From: Phoronis australis
Taxonomy: Eukaryota; Animalia; Phoronida
DNA: 38,514 nt
Direction of reading: 5' to 3'
NCBI GenBank assembly: GCA_002633005.1
Contig: NMRA01000031.1
Coordinates: 1,194,801 to 1,233,314, forward strand
Below, in pieces: positions 12,601 through 23,222 of the stretch. The position numbers and the translations under genes were made by a program. The notes under the pieces are model-generated. The model searched no databases and was not told where the DNA came from. It saw only the letters and a program-made list of their open reading frames with translations. Positions within the stretch are counted from its first letter, which is position 1, and each line of letters starts with the position of its first letter.

Positions 12601-15600
12601 AGCTACGGGTAGCATATCAGCAAGAAATAAACATTGGCACTATTTTCAGAAAGTTTCTAATGCCGTAAAACTGTTGCATTATTTTTAAGAGGGATTGCTT
12701 CATTAATCACTTGTTTAATGTATTCGTAATTGGTGCTTTTAAAGTAAAATACCTGATAAAATGCCCCACTGATAGTGGACACCTCCGCCCCCGAATCTCG
12801 CGGAAAATAACCCAGTCATCCCTCCAGTCACCCGGCGATTCAATGACATCCGACCTTAGGCCCTACTGAGACAATTCTCACACGTTTTAATAGTCGATGT
12901 GATCAGCAAGTGCTAAATAAAATGCGTTCTCGTGATACTGCTTGTGCTATTTCTTCAGTTACAATGCACACCTATTTACTCCGGCAAATGAACGCTGATG
13001 ACACGCACGCGCTCGTTCACTAACACACGCAGACGATCTTCAAAACAAAGGTCACGTGACTACGACGTGTGTTCGTCCAGAGATTTTTCTCATGTTGTTG
13101 GGTACGATCTTGCGCAGATTTGAACCTTTCTTGTTCTTAATACCGACTCCACAGGAACTTAAAATGTTAGGGACGCTATTTGGAAAACTTAAGTGAGGAT
13201 TTCAGGTAATTTGTTGAGTCGAAAGTATATTTTTATTCAAGCTGTCCTGTCGACGATTGCGAGGCAGTGGCGCATCATCGATTTTTCACCCTGGGATTTC
13301 AGCACAATTTTCTGTGAAATAATCGTAATTTAACAAGTTAACGAAGTTTGATAGCAGAAAGTCTGTCATAGGCTATAGATAGTAGCGTAAATTTGATGAA
13401 TCCTAGATTTCGATGTCACCCGTTTCGGTAACTGGGTTTCAACCACCTTGGGTTACAATAAGCGCCTCACCCCGGAAACGAATTTTACTAAGCACCCCAG
13501 GTGCCTTATTACGGCGAATACGGTACTGTTAACTGCCTCTTAGTAAAGTGAATTATGTTTACTGTTGGTAAAATCAGGCTCTGATTTGATGCTGAGGGCT
13601 GAAGTGCCAAGCCAGCCAAGGTTTTAAACCTGATGCGGCAATACTTGACGCGCTTTCCCCAAACTCGACGCGGCAAAATCCAAAGTCGTTATCGTGTCGA
13701 GTCAAAACTGGTCGTGGAGAACACTGACCCCCCCCCCCCGTACACAAGCTCAATATTTTCAAAATAATTTCTGTCTACAATTTGGAGAACAATGCATAAA
13801 CCATAATATCTGAAAGTTTCATTTGAATCTAATCAGCCATTTCTGAGATGTAATATTCGGAAGTTGTCTGACTTTGGACATTCTTTCCTCATTTCCTACA
13901 TAACCTTATGTCGTGACTGTTGTAATCGCTGTCTGGCAATATGTTTGTTAGTCATTTACACTAGACTTTTGAGACGAGGCTTATTGGTAGGCAAGCGCTG
14001 TCCTAGTCCACTGTTACATTATTGCTTCATTGTAAGCTGCTCTGTTTGATTTTTTGACTGTCACTCCTATTTCAGCTGTACAGACAAGTGGCATGGTAGT
14101 CGGTGCGAAACCTTTGCTTCTCCGTCCATTACACCAACTGGTGCGGCTACTACTGGTGTTGCAAGTACGTACTGAACGGTAGAGGGAGGTCTTCGTACCG
14201 CGTTGTTGTGTGGAACTCACTGTAGGCCGCTATAAAACTGCATTCTGTCCAAAAAGCAAATTTTTGATTTCGACCACTTATTGATGTAAAGCTGGTCTCG
14301 GACTGTTTCTGAGTTTGCAAAGAACGAACACTTGAGAGCACGCTTGACACGTGAAATGAGACGTTGTGATAAGCCAACTTGTAAAGTCTGGTCATAAGCT
14401 TTAAGGAATGGTTAGGTCTTTCAAAACCCTGAAATTTCCTCCAATTAGAGTAAGAAATATTTTGAGACCAATTTCATAACGATAAATGGTCGAAATAAGA
14501 AGCTTTCGTGGTGAAAAACCATGTTATAATCGCTTTAAGTGAAGTTTCCTTGATATTTGTGTTAAGATACTTGAATAAATAACATTGTACTTATCTGCCT
14601 AATGGTAATCTTAGCTAAAGACTTGTTAACGTTCGATTATTTTAACCTGTTTTATGATCTGTGACTGTGTTTGATGAAAAAAGTCATTAACAATCTAAAC
14701 TTCTGGAACCTAATTCAGTATTTTCATAAACGTCGAAGAGCCAACTGGCTTCATCTACTACAGAATAGCAGCTGTTCAATTTCTGAGAAAATTGCTTTGT
14801 TCTCTGTCAGTGTTCCTAGGCAACAGCTCCAGAGTCCCGGACTATGAGTTGGTTAATTGGAATCTGACAGTAGTTGTTGTGTAGAAACATCAACGGAAAG
14901 CTGTTCCCCTGTCGATGGAGTCAATCGGCTGTGCAACATCTGGGAAAGGGAGTTCCAGAAGTTTCGATTTATATATATTTTGGCATCAAGTATTTCATCT
15001 GGAGGAACGATAGCATCCATTGCCTAATTTGGTGTTTATGTTTGTCAGGTATGGTGGCAGCTGTCATCATCCCCATCATTGTCTGTATACTGGTGGCTGT
15101 GATAGTACTGGGTGTGTGTCTGCACAGGCGTAGAAAGAGAGGGTGAGTCTCTGGGTCAAAGGTCATGATCTTGGACTGTCACAGTTTTGAGGTTCATCGC
15201 GCAACACAAGGTGTTGGCGAGTGAAGGCTACTGAGGTCACACGCTTCATTTGTAATGTGCAGTGAAATTATGTTAAGACTAGCGGGGTCACGCCAAGTTG
15301 GCATTGCGAAACACAGCCCTGTCCAATTGGGACTTACCTTGGAATGTTGGCTGAGAAAATATATTATAGAACATCCACTTATAAATGACATTCATCCAGT
15401 ATTCATTCTATTAAAGTATCCTTCAAGTGTGATGTTGATTGTATGGTTTGTTACATCATATCTGGCTCATAGGTTGTTGTTCTTAGTATTTCTGATCTGG
15501 GTCACTGAATTGTTTCATTCCACCCTCTTGGTGGTTTACTGGATTATTTATCACAGAAAAACTGTAAACCCTGGAAATGACTAAGTAGTTTCTCTGCTTG

Positions 15601-18519
15601 GAAAACTCATCAAAAAGGGTTATAACTGAGAGGAATTGATTAAAACTTGTGGGAAAGACTTGGAACTCATAAGTAAAAATGCATTTTGGAGTCATTACAG
15701 TAGAAATTTCTTCTAAAAATCCAGGAAATTGATAGAACTTTTCGAAAGTGAATATTGACTGCTTCCTTTCTCATTGTGACCCTGTGACTTAGTGGGGGTC
15801 AAGATGATGTCATAAATACGAGAAAGTTTAAATGCGCCATCGTCCCTGTCCATGACATTGGATTCTTTTTTTAAGCTGAAGTCCATGAGATGCGGACGCA
15901 ACGTTGCTAATTTTTGTAAGTTTTTATTTCAGTATTAGACTCAAACTTGATCAGATTGTAGTGGTCTTGTTAACATTCCTTGTGCTTCATGCAAGAGTAT
16001 TTATGTTGGTGAAACTGGTAGAAATTTTGGTTATAGAATGGCTGAACATCATAAGGACGTTGAGGACATGACGGTTATAGAGCTTTCACCTGGTCGCACA
16101 GGAAAGCCTCTCTCAATGAATTTAGCAAATCAGCCATCACTGATCACGCAAGAAAAAAACAATCATGTGATTGACTGGCAAATGCAAAAATAATTGATAG
16201 TGAAAGTGGCACTAGAAAAAGGAGAATAAGGAATCCATCTGCATTAGAAAAGAATCCATTGTCATGAACAGAGACGATGGCGCATTTATCCTTTTCGCGT
16301 TTATGAAGTCATCTTGATCCCCACTACATGACAGGGTGTCACTGAGGAAGGAAGCAGTCAACATCGACTTTCGAAAAATTTTGCCGTTAAATTGTGAATT
16401 TCTGCTGTAATGCCATCATGTAATACTGATGAAATTGTTGAATGGCATTTTGGAGTCATTTCGGTAGTTCATTCATTCAGTAATATGCATGGTAACATAG
16501 AAAACATTTTTACGTAAGCCTATTTTTATGGAAAAGATAATGCAAATTTTGCAATGAAAATGAAAATTGTATTTTGGATGCTAAAAATGCGTGAGAAGGT
16601 TTTTTCAGTATTCCTAGGATGAATTGTGTCTGCTATTGCCTGTGTACTGGTGAATGTCATGCGGTGATGTTACAGGGTCAAGCAGTTTGGTCATCGGCGG
16701 ATGAAAGAGAGCAATAATCTAGAGATTAGTAACCCTCTCTACATGAAAGATGATGATGATGACGAGGGAGCAGTGGGTGGTGAAGAGATGCCCTTTAATA
16801 ATGACTTGCAGCCTAGTGAGGTAGGTGACGCTTGTTCTAAGACTGCTATTGGCTGACACTGACTCATCACTGTTAGTTCTCTGTGTTATCATACTGTCTC
16901 TGTATATTCAACAATGTTTACCCATAATGCAGCTCATTTGTCGGACTGCAGCTTCACGGCTGCTGTGGTTTACTTTATACCAAAAATATTTCATCATCCT
17001 CCTTATGCCAGCACAGGTTTTGTTTTCTTTTGCATTGTGACACTACGTAATTGATAAACTTAGCAGATAACGTCTAATATCCTTGAATGTGCCATGTGTC
17101 ACTCTTCAGTTGCCACTCTCAACTCCAGAGTATCAAACGGGTTGAAAAGTGATTCAGTCATGAGGTGTGTTTTTCTACCTTTGTGAAAGAGGATAGTTCA
17201 GATGGGTACAGTGCTTTTGTAAGAAACAATTTGGCGATTTCATACTACTCAAACTTGAGAAGCCCTCAAGTGAACTGCCATTAGCTATGAACTGTATAGT
17301 GAACTGCCGTTAGTTATGAACCATATAGTGAACTGCCATTAGCTATGAACAATATAGTGAACTGCCTTTAGTTATGAACAATATAGTGAACTACCGTTAG
17401 CTATGAACAATATATTGAACTACCGTTTGCTATGAACCATATAGTGAACTCCCATTTGTTATGAACAATATAGTGAACTGCCTTTAGCTATGAACAATAT
17501 AGTGAACTGCCTTTAGTTATGAACCATATAGTGAACTCCTGTTAGTTATGAACAATATGATGTTTACAGCTTTACTGTAATTCTTCACTTATTTCGCGCA
17601 AAAGAAATATATTTTTCTGATAGTCGGGGTGCACCAAATGAACTGAATACACAAGACTGCTTAGTTGACAAGTATGCAAAAGTAATTGAGTAATCAAGCA
17701 TTGCCAACTGCCCGTGTGTGAATTTAATTAAATGATACCTACAGGTTGCCAACCTGATCTAATTAACAGTAACTTAATTGCTTTATCCTGTTCTGATACA
17801 AGAGTACTTTACCCCATCACTGGGGAAACATATGACTCTGGGTACACTACACTCATGCAGGTCACCCCTTTCGCCTCATATTTGCGACTCGTGGAGATAA
17901 GAAAGCGCGTGACCTAGTTTTGGAAATCAGGCACATTTTCGTGTCTATCATTATGTCGGGAAGGCAAAGAAGTTCAGATCACACATCCACGGGTCCAGTT
18001 TATCAAACTTTTGCAGAGTTGCAGCCCACAACAAAGCAGTAATACTTTGTTGACATTGAAAGGAAGGATAGAGTAATCCAGTTGAGAAAAACTTGTAAAG
18101 AATCAGACAACAGCGAATAACATGTGGAACTCCAGTGGCATGAAAACGAGACAACAAATGTGCCTGACGCATGTTTATGACATTCTGGGTAAATACAGTG
18201 AGATTTGAGTGTCACTGTGTAATCTGGGATGGCCCTATTAATGACTGGGCTTTGCCTTTATATTTTCCGAAGTTCAAAAGTGACTGTATGAATTAGGTGA
18301 GGCAAAAAATTCCCACCATTTTGCCTCGTGTAAAATAACGGGCAAAATATTATTTTTCCAAATAATTTTGGGTGTGCAAAATGAGGTGAGTGTTCGATGT
18401 AAGTGAGGAGTAACTGTAATACGCTTCTTTTTCAGTCGACCAACTTTGAGAACCCCATGTATAGATTATCCCAAGACAGTGGACACCTGGAGAAGAAACA
18501 GCTGTTGGAGGATGATTGA
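420..18519 (+). CDS. LRP1: 3' part (last 12 coding exons, ~532 aa; 5' end upstream of window) of LDL receptor-related protein 1/1B-like gene: join(420-645,1257-1361,2458-2568,3020-3153,3839-4078,6000-6128,6445-6568,7125-7244,14076-14164,15049-15142,16676-16820,18436-18519)
   Basis: All introns are GT-AG with compatible phases and splice into one open frame: tandem EGF repeats, a TM helix, then the tail GVKQFGHRRMKESNNLEISNPLY...STNFENPMY...EKKQLLEDD*. This resembles the vertebrate LRP1 tail as I recall it (FQHQRM..NVEIGNPTY..PTNFTNPVY..EKRELL). Confidence 0.9.
1257..1361 (+). CDS. LRP1: LRP1-like exon 2 (EGF)
   Basis: ttgcag| and |gtaagt; CLDGYSGVRCQIEMCKDYCLNGATCHSGPSQVSC. Confidence 0.9.
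2458..2568 (+). CDS. LRP1: LRP1-like exon 3 (EGF)
   Basis: tttcag| and |gtaagt; CQPGYSGHRCEIYGCLGYCYNNGYCMIEPVSGLPTC. Confidence 0.9.
3020..3153 (+). CDS. LRP1: LRP1-like exon 4 (EGF)
   Basis: gtgcag| and |gttcgt; CNYKYKGERCEVKKVDICENYCFNGAPCLPINSQPHCRCLPFYTG. Confidence 0.88.
3839..4078 (+). CDS. LRP1: LRP1-like exon 5 (EGF)
   Basis: acgcag| and |gtgagt; SRCEKC...CKNGGVCHVTPSRPFQHQCEC...CENYCPKGSGCRVVEGQRKCYCKPSYCSGH. Confidence 0.9.
4087..4345. repeat. Minisatellite, ~44-bp unit x~6, directly after the exon 5 donor
   Basis: gatgatcaggtytgtacatayca(a/g)tagtacactagtgtgt repeated. Confidence 0.9.
4596..5027. repeat. Near-perfect duplicate of the preceding segment (~4165-4594) joined at a single N; likely contig-overlap artefact
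   Basis: The unique sequence after the minisatellite is repeated verbatim; N at 4595; repeat number differs between the copies. Confidence 0.8.
6000..6128 (+). CDS. LRP1: LRP1-like exon 6, copy A (EGF)
   Basis: ttacag| and |gtgagt; GTCLVNRTSLTCECDPGWAGPTCSQFSNCDHLVCKNGGTCVQL. Confidence 0.88.
6445..6568 (+). CDS. LRP1: LRP1-like exon 7, copy A (EGF)
   Basis: atccag| and |gtaagt; GSAVCHCRHGFSGAQCEGSECSRPCANGGTCTVIEGKMVC. Confidence 0.88.
7125..7244 (+). CDS. LRP1: LRP1-like exon 8, copy A (EGF)
   Basis: ttttag| and |gtgagt; CTSQWSGVNCTEFSPCKTYCFNGGTCVGCNPDTRHCDQC. Confidence 0.88.
7698..9196. mobile_element. Non-autonomous hAT-like DNA transposon (1.5 kb) in intron 8, copy A
   Basis: Perfect 13-bp TIR CAGTGTTCTCCAC ... 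GTGGAGAACACTG; no clean 8-bp TSD; contains a pogo/mariner-like end (gcgaatacggta) near 8990. Confidence 0.65.
9216..9771. other. Assembly gap (556 N)
   Basis: Run of N. Confidence 0.99.
9772..10285. mobile_element. hAT-like MITE (514 bp) present only in copy B
   Basis: Perfect 13-bp TIR CAGGGCTTGGAAT ... ATTCCAAGCCCTG; empty site at ~5792 in copy A; left TSD hidden in the gap. Confidence 0.8.
10497..10625 (+). CDS. LRP1: LRP1-like exon 6, copy B (probable second haplotype)
   Basis: Identical to 6000-6128 except 2 synonymous changes; splice sites intact. Confidence 0.75.
11029..11152 (+). CDS. LRP1: LRP1-like exon 7, copy B (probable second haplotype)
   Basis: Copy of 6445-6568 with 5 nt differences (TVI->VVV plus 2 synonymous). 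Confidence 0.75.
11714..11833 (+). CDS. LRP1: LRP1-like exon 8, copy B (probable second haplotype)
   Basis: Copy of 7125-7244 with 3 synonymous differences. Confidence 0.75.
12251..13726. mobile_element. Same hAT-like element, copy B
   Basis: Same 13-bp TIRs. Confidence 0.65.
14076..14164 (+). CDS. LRP1: LRP1-like exon 9 (end of last EGF plus Ser/Thr-rich juxtamembrane linker)
   Basis: tttcag| and |gtacgt; CTDKWHGSRCETFASPSITPTGAATTGVA. Confidence 0.85.
15049..15142 (+). CDS. LRP1: LRP1-like exon 10 (transmembrane helix and basic stop-transfer)
   Basis: tgtcag| and |gtgagt; MVAAVIIPIIVCILVAVIVLGVCLHRRRKRG. Confidence 0.92.
15698..16407. mobile_element. Tc1/mariner-type MITE with long (~180-bp) imperfect inverted repeats
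   Basis: TA|CAGTAGAAATT...AATTTCTGCTG|TA; arms ~15698-15870 and ~16247-16407 are reverse complements (e.g. aaatgcgccatcgtc / gacgatggcgcattt). Confidence 0.75.
16676..16820 (+). CDS. LRP1: LRP1-like exon 11 (cytoplasmic, proximal NPxY)
   Basis: ttacag| and |gtaggt; VKQFGHRRMKESNNLEISNPLYMKDDDDDEGAVGGEEMPFNNDLQPSE. Confidence 0.92.
17270..17557. repeat. Minisatellite, 29-bp unit x10
   Basis: gtgaactgccnttagytatgaacmatata repeated. Confidence 0.92.
17573..18418. mobile_element. Degenerate mariner/pogo-like MITE
   Basis: Imperfect TIRs tactgtaattcttcactta vs taagtgaggagtaactgta, TA-flanked. Confidence 0.4.
18436..18519 (+). CDS. LRP1: LRP1-like terminal coding exon (distal FxNPxY, dileucine, stop)
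   Basis: tttttcag|; STNFENPMYRLSQDSGHLEKKQLLEDD TGA. Confidence 0.92.
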   Translation, partial: STNFENPMYRLSQDSGHLEKKQLLEDD

Positions 18520-20623
18520 GCCAGTGCAGTCTACACGCGTGTATAAAGTTGTTTAAAGCTTTTTTGTTTTAGTTATTACATATGTAACGTTTGTGTTTTT
18601 GCTGTAATGTCCCCTGTGTTTGAAGCACTAAATACCTGGATCATATTCGGGAATTTTTGTTCTCTGTGTTATTGTACGAATGTCTGACAGTGAGTTCATA
18701 AATATTGTTGTAACGATCGTGGACTATTTACGGGACTGTACTTGAAGCTGAAAATAATAGACTTTCGCTTTATACTGAAGTTGACACGTGATAAAAATTT
18801 TTCATTGTGGGACATTTCTGTTTTCATGGGCTTTTTGAATTGCCGCACATGCTTTATATTTGACCAAATGCTTTAAATTTGACCAAATGTTACAGAATGG
18901 TTGCAAAAAGCCCTGTCAAAAGTAAAAAGGCATTTTCTAACTTTTTTGTTGAAAGTTTTTACAGAATGAAATCTCTTTTGTCTGCCATATTGTGTTTGTA
19001 ACTGAAGGGTGTATATCATCAGTGTCTCTCTAACATACTTCAAAGTACACAAATGCCGTGAAAAAGGACCGGTGAATAATGAATGGCCTGAGATCTGTTT
19101 TAATGAACTGTTGAAGGACAAACTTGATTGGAATCTTAGTACTGTCATTTATTATCGTTAATTGAATATTGGAAAGAATTTCGTTGACAGTTGTCATTTG
19201 GCGCTGACATTTGTTGTTGAAGGAGTGATGCGCGTTGTCCGTAGCATGCTCCGTTGTAACCCCTCCGTGTCTGAATCTCATCGCTTTGGTCAGCAAGATT
19301 CTGTATTCGCTGTAAGTGACTTTAGTTTAAAATGAATCTCCATAGAGAAGGGTTTGTGGCCAGCTACTTTCACTGTCCCACTTCTTGCTAATTTAGAATG
19401 CTGTGTGTGTCCAATCCTGTGTGTTTCAAGTCTTCAACTCGTTTGATGTATGAGAGAAAAGTCCATGTGAGCATGAAATAGCTGTTCAGTGAAAGTGTGA
19501 ATACCGTGCAGTCATTTGTCTATCAAATCTCTGTATTATTAGGATGTGTTTAGAAACTCAAAACATCTATCTTTTGTATACAGCATTCATTATAAATTGA
19601 ACAATTTCGTTTGAATCAATTTATTCAATTTAATGTATTTATTGGTGCTTTAAAGGTTTTAGATCTTTTTGGATTTGTCTTGCTTGGTCGAGTCTTCCGC
19701 GCTCAATTGATTGTAAAGTAATATTTACATCTGAATTCTTTTAGGTTTATACTAGGTTATCCTAGTTATGGCCACTCTTTTGTTAAATAGGAAGACTTTT
19801 TATGCCTTGCATTTTGCCAGCTGATAGTGGATAGCGTAACTTTGTGTACTGCAGGCAAGACTGCGCCCACTTTGGACGTTCAAGATCTACGAGATGTATT
19901 TAACAAATAACGTTCTCATGTTTTCCACTGTTCTAGAAAACTAGAAGTTTTAGCTTGCCTGCTTTTATAATTTGAATTGTTTTCACGAATGTAATATCAT
20001 GTCACGACAAGACTACCTTTTAACAGATTGCGTAAAACGCCATATCCACAAGGGATTGTGGGATACTAGTCTAAAGCATCATAATTCAGTAGTTGTAGAA
20101 CATTCAATCCACAGTGGTCGCTTTATGTAATAGCATTGCGAGCTCATTGAGGTATGAGTTGATGAAGTTTCTTCTTTCCAATAGAAACTGCCTGCCCACC
20201 AAATAGACAATCACCTGTGTGTCATTTGATTGATTTTGGGTTGGCACATGCACTTGTTTTTTGCAATCTGTTGCAAAGTCAATTGAAATACAAGTGTACC
20301 AATGTAATAGTCACTCTTGCTGTGAGCCTGGAGTATAAGCTCGCAATCTGGCTTTAAGGAATAATAATAATACTAATTTTGTATTTAGACGATTGTGCTG
20401 TGCATGAGAGACATCTAATGCGGTCTTTGGTACCCACGGCAGGTGAATAATTGACTTTTTAGACGGTACTTCTACCGCGGGCACCACTGAATCTCTGAGG
20501 CCTACACTTAGTCCTGCATGTGTGATGTACTACCAGCACCATTAGTGTTTATGTGTTCAGTCTCCAAGGCTACATCTGTATAAGACTTGGTCTGTAGTCC
20601 TTGGTAATAACTGAGAGATTTAA

Positions 20624-20960
20624 AGGATATCAAACCCAGTTTTAGCCCATTAACAGATATTAAACGAGACTCTCCCGTTCAATTATCTGAAGCAAAATAC
20701 TAGCTCTGTAACCCACGACAACTCTCAAAAGGTTGGAGCAAAATTTGAAAACTGTTTCCAAAGTCTGCTAAAAAGGGCAAACGTGACCTACGCTAGTTAC
20801 AGGGCAACTGTAGGAAAGACCAAAAACCATAATATCCAACCTGTGACATAGGGAGTATGAGGTTTTAATTTAATCCTACTTTCATCACTCAAGTGGTATG
20901 CCAATAAGCATTAGGTGACAGAACAGTTGGTGAAGTCACCAAAACATGGTTCAGTATCCT
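20624..20960. mobile_element. Kolobok-like MITE (TTAA TSD) within the probable 3' UTR
   Basis: TTAA|AGGATATCAAACCCAGTTTT ... AAAACATGGTTCAGTATCCT|TTAA, an imperfect ~20-bp TIR. Confidence 0.65.
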
Positions 20961-21746
20961 TTAAAGAACCCATAGACTTGACTGTTTATTCTGCTTATTA
21001 GAGTTCAGTCTATGGTGGTTTCAGTACATATATCAGGTGGGGGTTGAAGGCTGTGGTCTGGAATCAGTACCGAGTGAATGAGCCAAAGAGTTTATAGTTA
21101 TTTGAGCTCAGCGTCTCTGAGTGGTTTGGGGAAGTTTGAAGAGCCATGATGGCACTGCCTTTGATGGAAACTAGGTAGATTTATTTTTAGATACTGTGGA
21201 TTTCTTACTAAAGTTACTGAACACATTTGTTTATATGAGATGTTTAAAGGAGTTTTAGGCTCTGTGCAATTATGCTGGTTGCCTAGTAAATACTCCTTAG
21301 GGAAGATGGATAATGAACTATTTCCCAAGTAAGCTTTAGTATGGACTGTAGTTGTCCTATCTAACCAAGTCATGTATCTCATTGCACTTAGCACAATTTT
21401 AGATATGTCTAGCTCCAGGTGAGTCAAGTAATGTTTAAATATTCATACTTTTTGTATCCTGTGGTAGCTTGGGCGGAGCAGCACTGACAAAAGTGGGGGG
21501 AATAGCTCCCCTAGCCCCCCCCCATGGTGCGCCGCCTATGGGTAGTAGTTGAGAAGGGTTTTTTATCCCCACCTACTCTCACTAAATCAACTATTAACTC
21601 TGTTGCTCTGTTGTCATTTTTGATTGACAGTAACTTGACCAGTATTCATTTGAATGTGATTGTTGATGTGCTGTGCATGAGTCTTGCAATTTGTAACATG
21701 TTTATAACGGACTTCTTTGTTATCCCCTGTAAAGTATTTTGGACAC

Positions 21747-21752
21747 AATAAA
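21747..21752 (+). terminator. Probable polyadenylation signal of the LRP1-like gene (implies ~3.2 kb 3' UTR)
   Basis: AATAAA preceded by TGTA-containing U-rich sequence and followed by a GT/T-rich tract (tatgttgtatttatg). Confidence 0.5.
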
Positions 21753-21867
21753 ATGTGAAACTGTAACATTTAGTTCATGCTATGTTGTATTTATGATCGA
21801 CATATGTCCCGAATAATAGATAAATGATACGTGCGTCGCAAGCTCGTTACCAGAGATTACCATTTCT

Positions 21868-21944
21868 CGCTGGTTCCCTGCGTGCCACTAGTATACGTGC
21901 GGCGGTAGCTGCGCTGGCTGGGCTGAGCACGCAGGGAACCAGCG
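21868..21944. repeat. Perfect 18-bp inverted repeat with 41-nt spacer (hairpin or mini-MITE)
   Basis: cgctggttccctgcgtgc ... gcacgcagggaaccagcg. Confidence 0.85.
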
Positions 21945-22291
21945 TGTGTTGTATTTCTCCCGCTCCCAAAACCTCACATAAATCTGTTTTGTGGTTAACC
22001 AATCACAGTTACCCAGTTGCATAGGCCTACTGATACAGCAGTCTGTAGTCCGTCAAGGGATGGGAAGCGGCCAAAGGTCAACACACGAACGAATGAACAA
22101 ATATTTAAGGGGCAATTCTGTGTAGTGTACCCATGTGTTTCTTAGAATTTCAGGATTTGAACCAAACAAAATTTGGAAGTCTGCCACCTGGTATCGTAAA
22201 GGATAAGAAACAAAACTTGGCCTTTTTTATATTATATAGTAGACTCGGAAATTGAAAAGAAGGGTGACCGATGAAATTCAAAATGATAGCC

Positions 22292-23222
22292 CATAGGCGG
22301 ATTTAGGGGGGGGCGGGCCCCCCCTTGGCTGCTGCAAAAAAAATAAAACAGCAAGAGTGTAGGGAAATGTTGAGTTTATTAATTTACCCCGGTAATTAAA
22401 ATTATACGGATGAAAAAAGATTTAAATATGTGCAGTTTTAGTGTTTGGGGGGAGAGCTCAGATCCAATTTCAAGTGTCAAATCCGGAACATGGCTAAGTG
22501 TAGGCTCTTCCGCGATATGCCAGGCGACCGGTAGTGGCGCTGCGCACTACGACTCCGTTTCCGTCGTCTGCTCCACTGTGCAATGAGGAAAATTTACTTC
22601 ATTTTTTAAAGAAAATGGAACCTGAGTGACGATGAAAAAGCAGAAGTTGCTGGTAAGATGTGAATTTTAATCGAAGCCTTAGTGCATCACTCAGAAACTC
22701 ATTAATTCTCCCGTCATTATTGCCAACACGAAAAACGGATTTGGTCTTTTGGGCATTTGAAGACTATTTTAAATACAACAAATTTGTTAAGAACCGATTG
22801 CACAAAATATAAAACGTGTAATAAGCATTACAAAAGGGAGTAGGTTTCGCGCGCTAACGCTGTGGACCATAAACAAGTAGGCCTAGGTCTCTTAATTTAA
22901 AGTAATTAGTGAAATCGTGGTGGTGTAGTGGTAAAGCACGCGCGTCCAATCAGCCAGGTCGAGTCGTGATTTCGAGTCTGTGAAACTCGCAGTTTTTTCT
23001 GTGTGACACGTTCTCCGTCTTTTTTTTTTGCCTTTTTTCTTGGATAATACATGAGAAATCAAAGAAAATGTTTGATTTTTAGAGGAAAAAACAGAAAATT
23101 TTCCCCCTCCCGATCTCCCCCCATTCCGTGCTATGCGCATCTACAATCGTGGTTTGTGCAAATGCTTACAGCCGGACAAAATGTTGGCCCACCCCCCTTG
23201 TGATATCCTAGATCCGCCACTG
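22292..23222. mobile_element. Non-autonomous hAT-like TIR element
   Basis: CATAGGCGGATTTAGG ... CCTAGATCCGCCACTG imperfect TIR with G/C-run subterminals; TAGCC on both flanks. Confidence 0.6.
22914..22998 (+). pseudogene. tRNA-like/SINE-head remnant
   Basis: A-box TGGTGTAGTGG with D-stem GTGT/GCAC, degenerate B-box TTTCGAGTC, downstream T6; no valid acceptor or anticodon stem. Confidence 0.4.

Larger units (their letters stand above)
10286..13740 (+). repeat. Segment copy B of 5792-9215
   Basis: Begins aacttgaatctt and ends gtggagaacactgacccccc, as copy A does. Confidence 0.92.

Noticed and set aside
17270-17557. 29-bp repeats superficially resembling a CRISPR array (also 25-147 and 4087-4345)
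   Set aside because: Head-to-tail units with no unique spacers, located in eukaryotic introns, with no cas genes
420-18519. Notch, Crumbs, Delta or megalin (LRP2) as the identity of the EGF-rich gene
   Set aside because: The short tail with two NPxY motifs in LRP1-like context and spacing fits LRP1; there are no ankyrin repeats or ERLI ending, and the megalin tail is longer
22914-22998. Functional tRNA gene
   Set aside because: No acceptor stem or anticodon arm can be formed, and the B-box is degenerate
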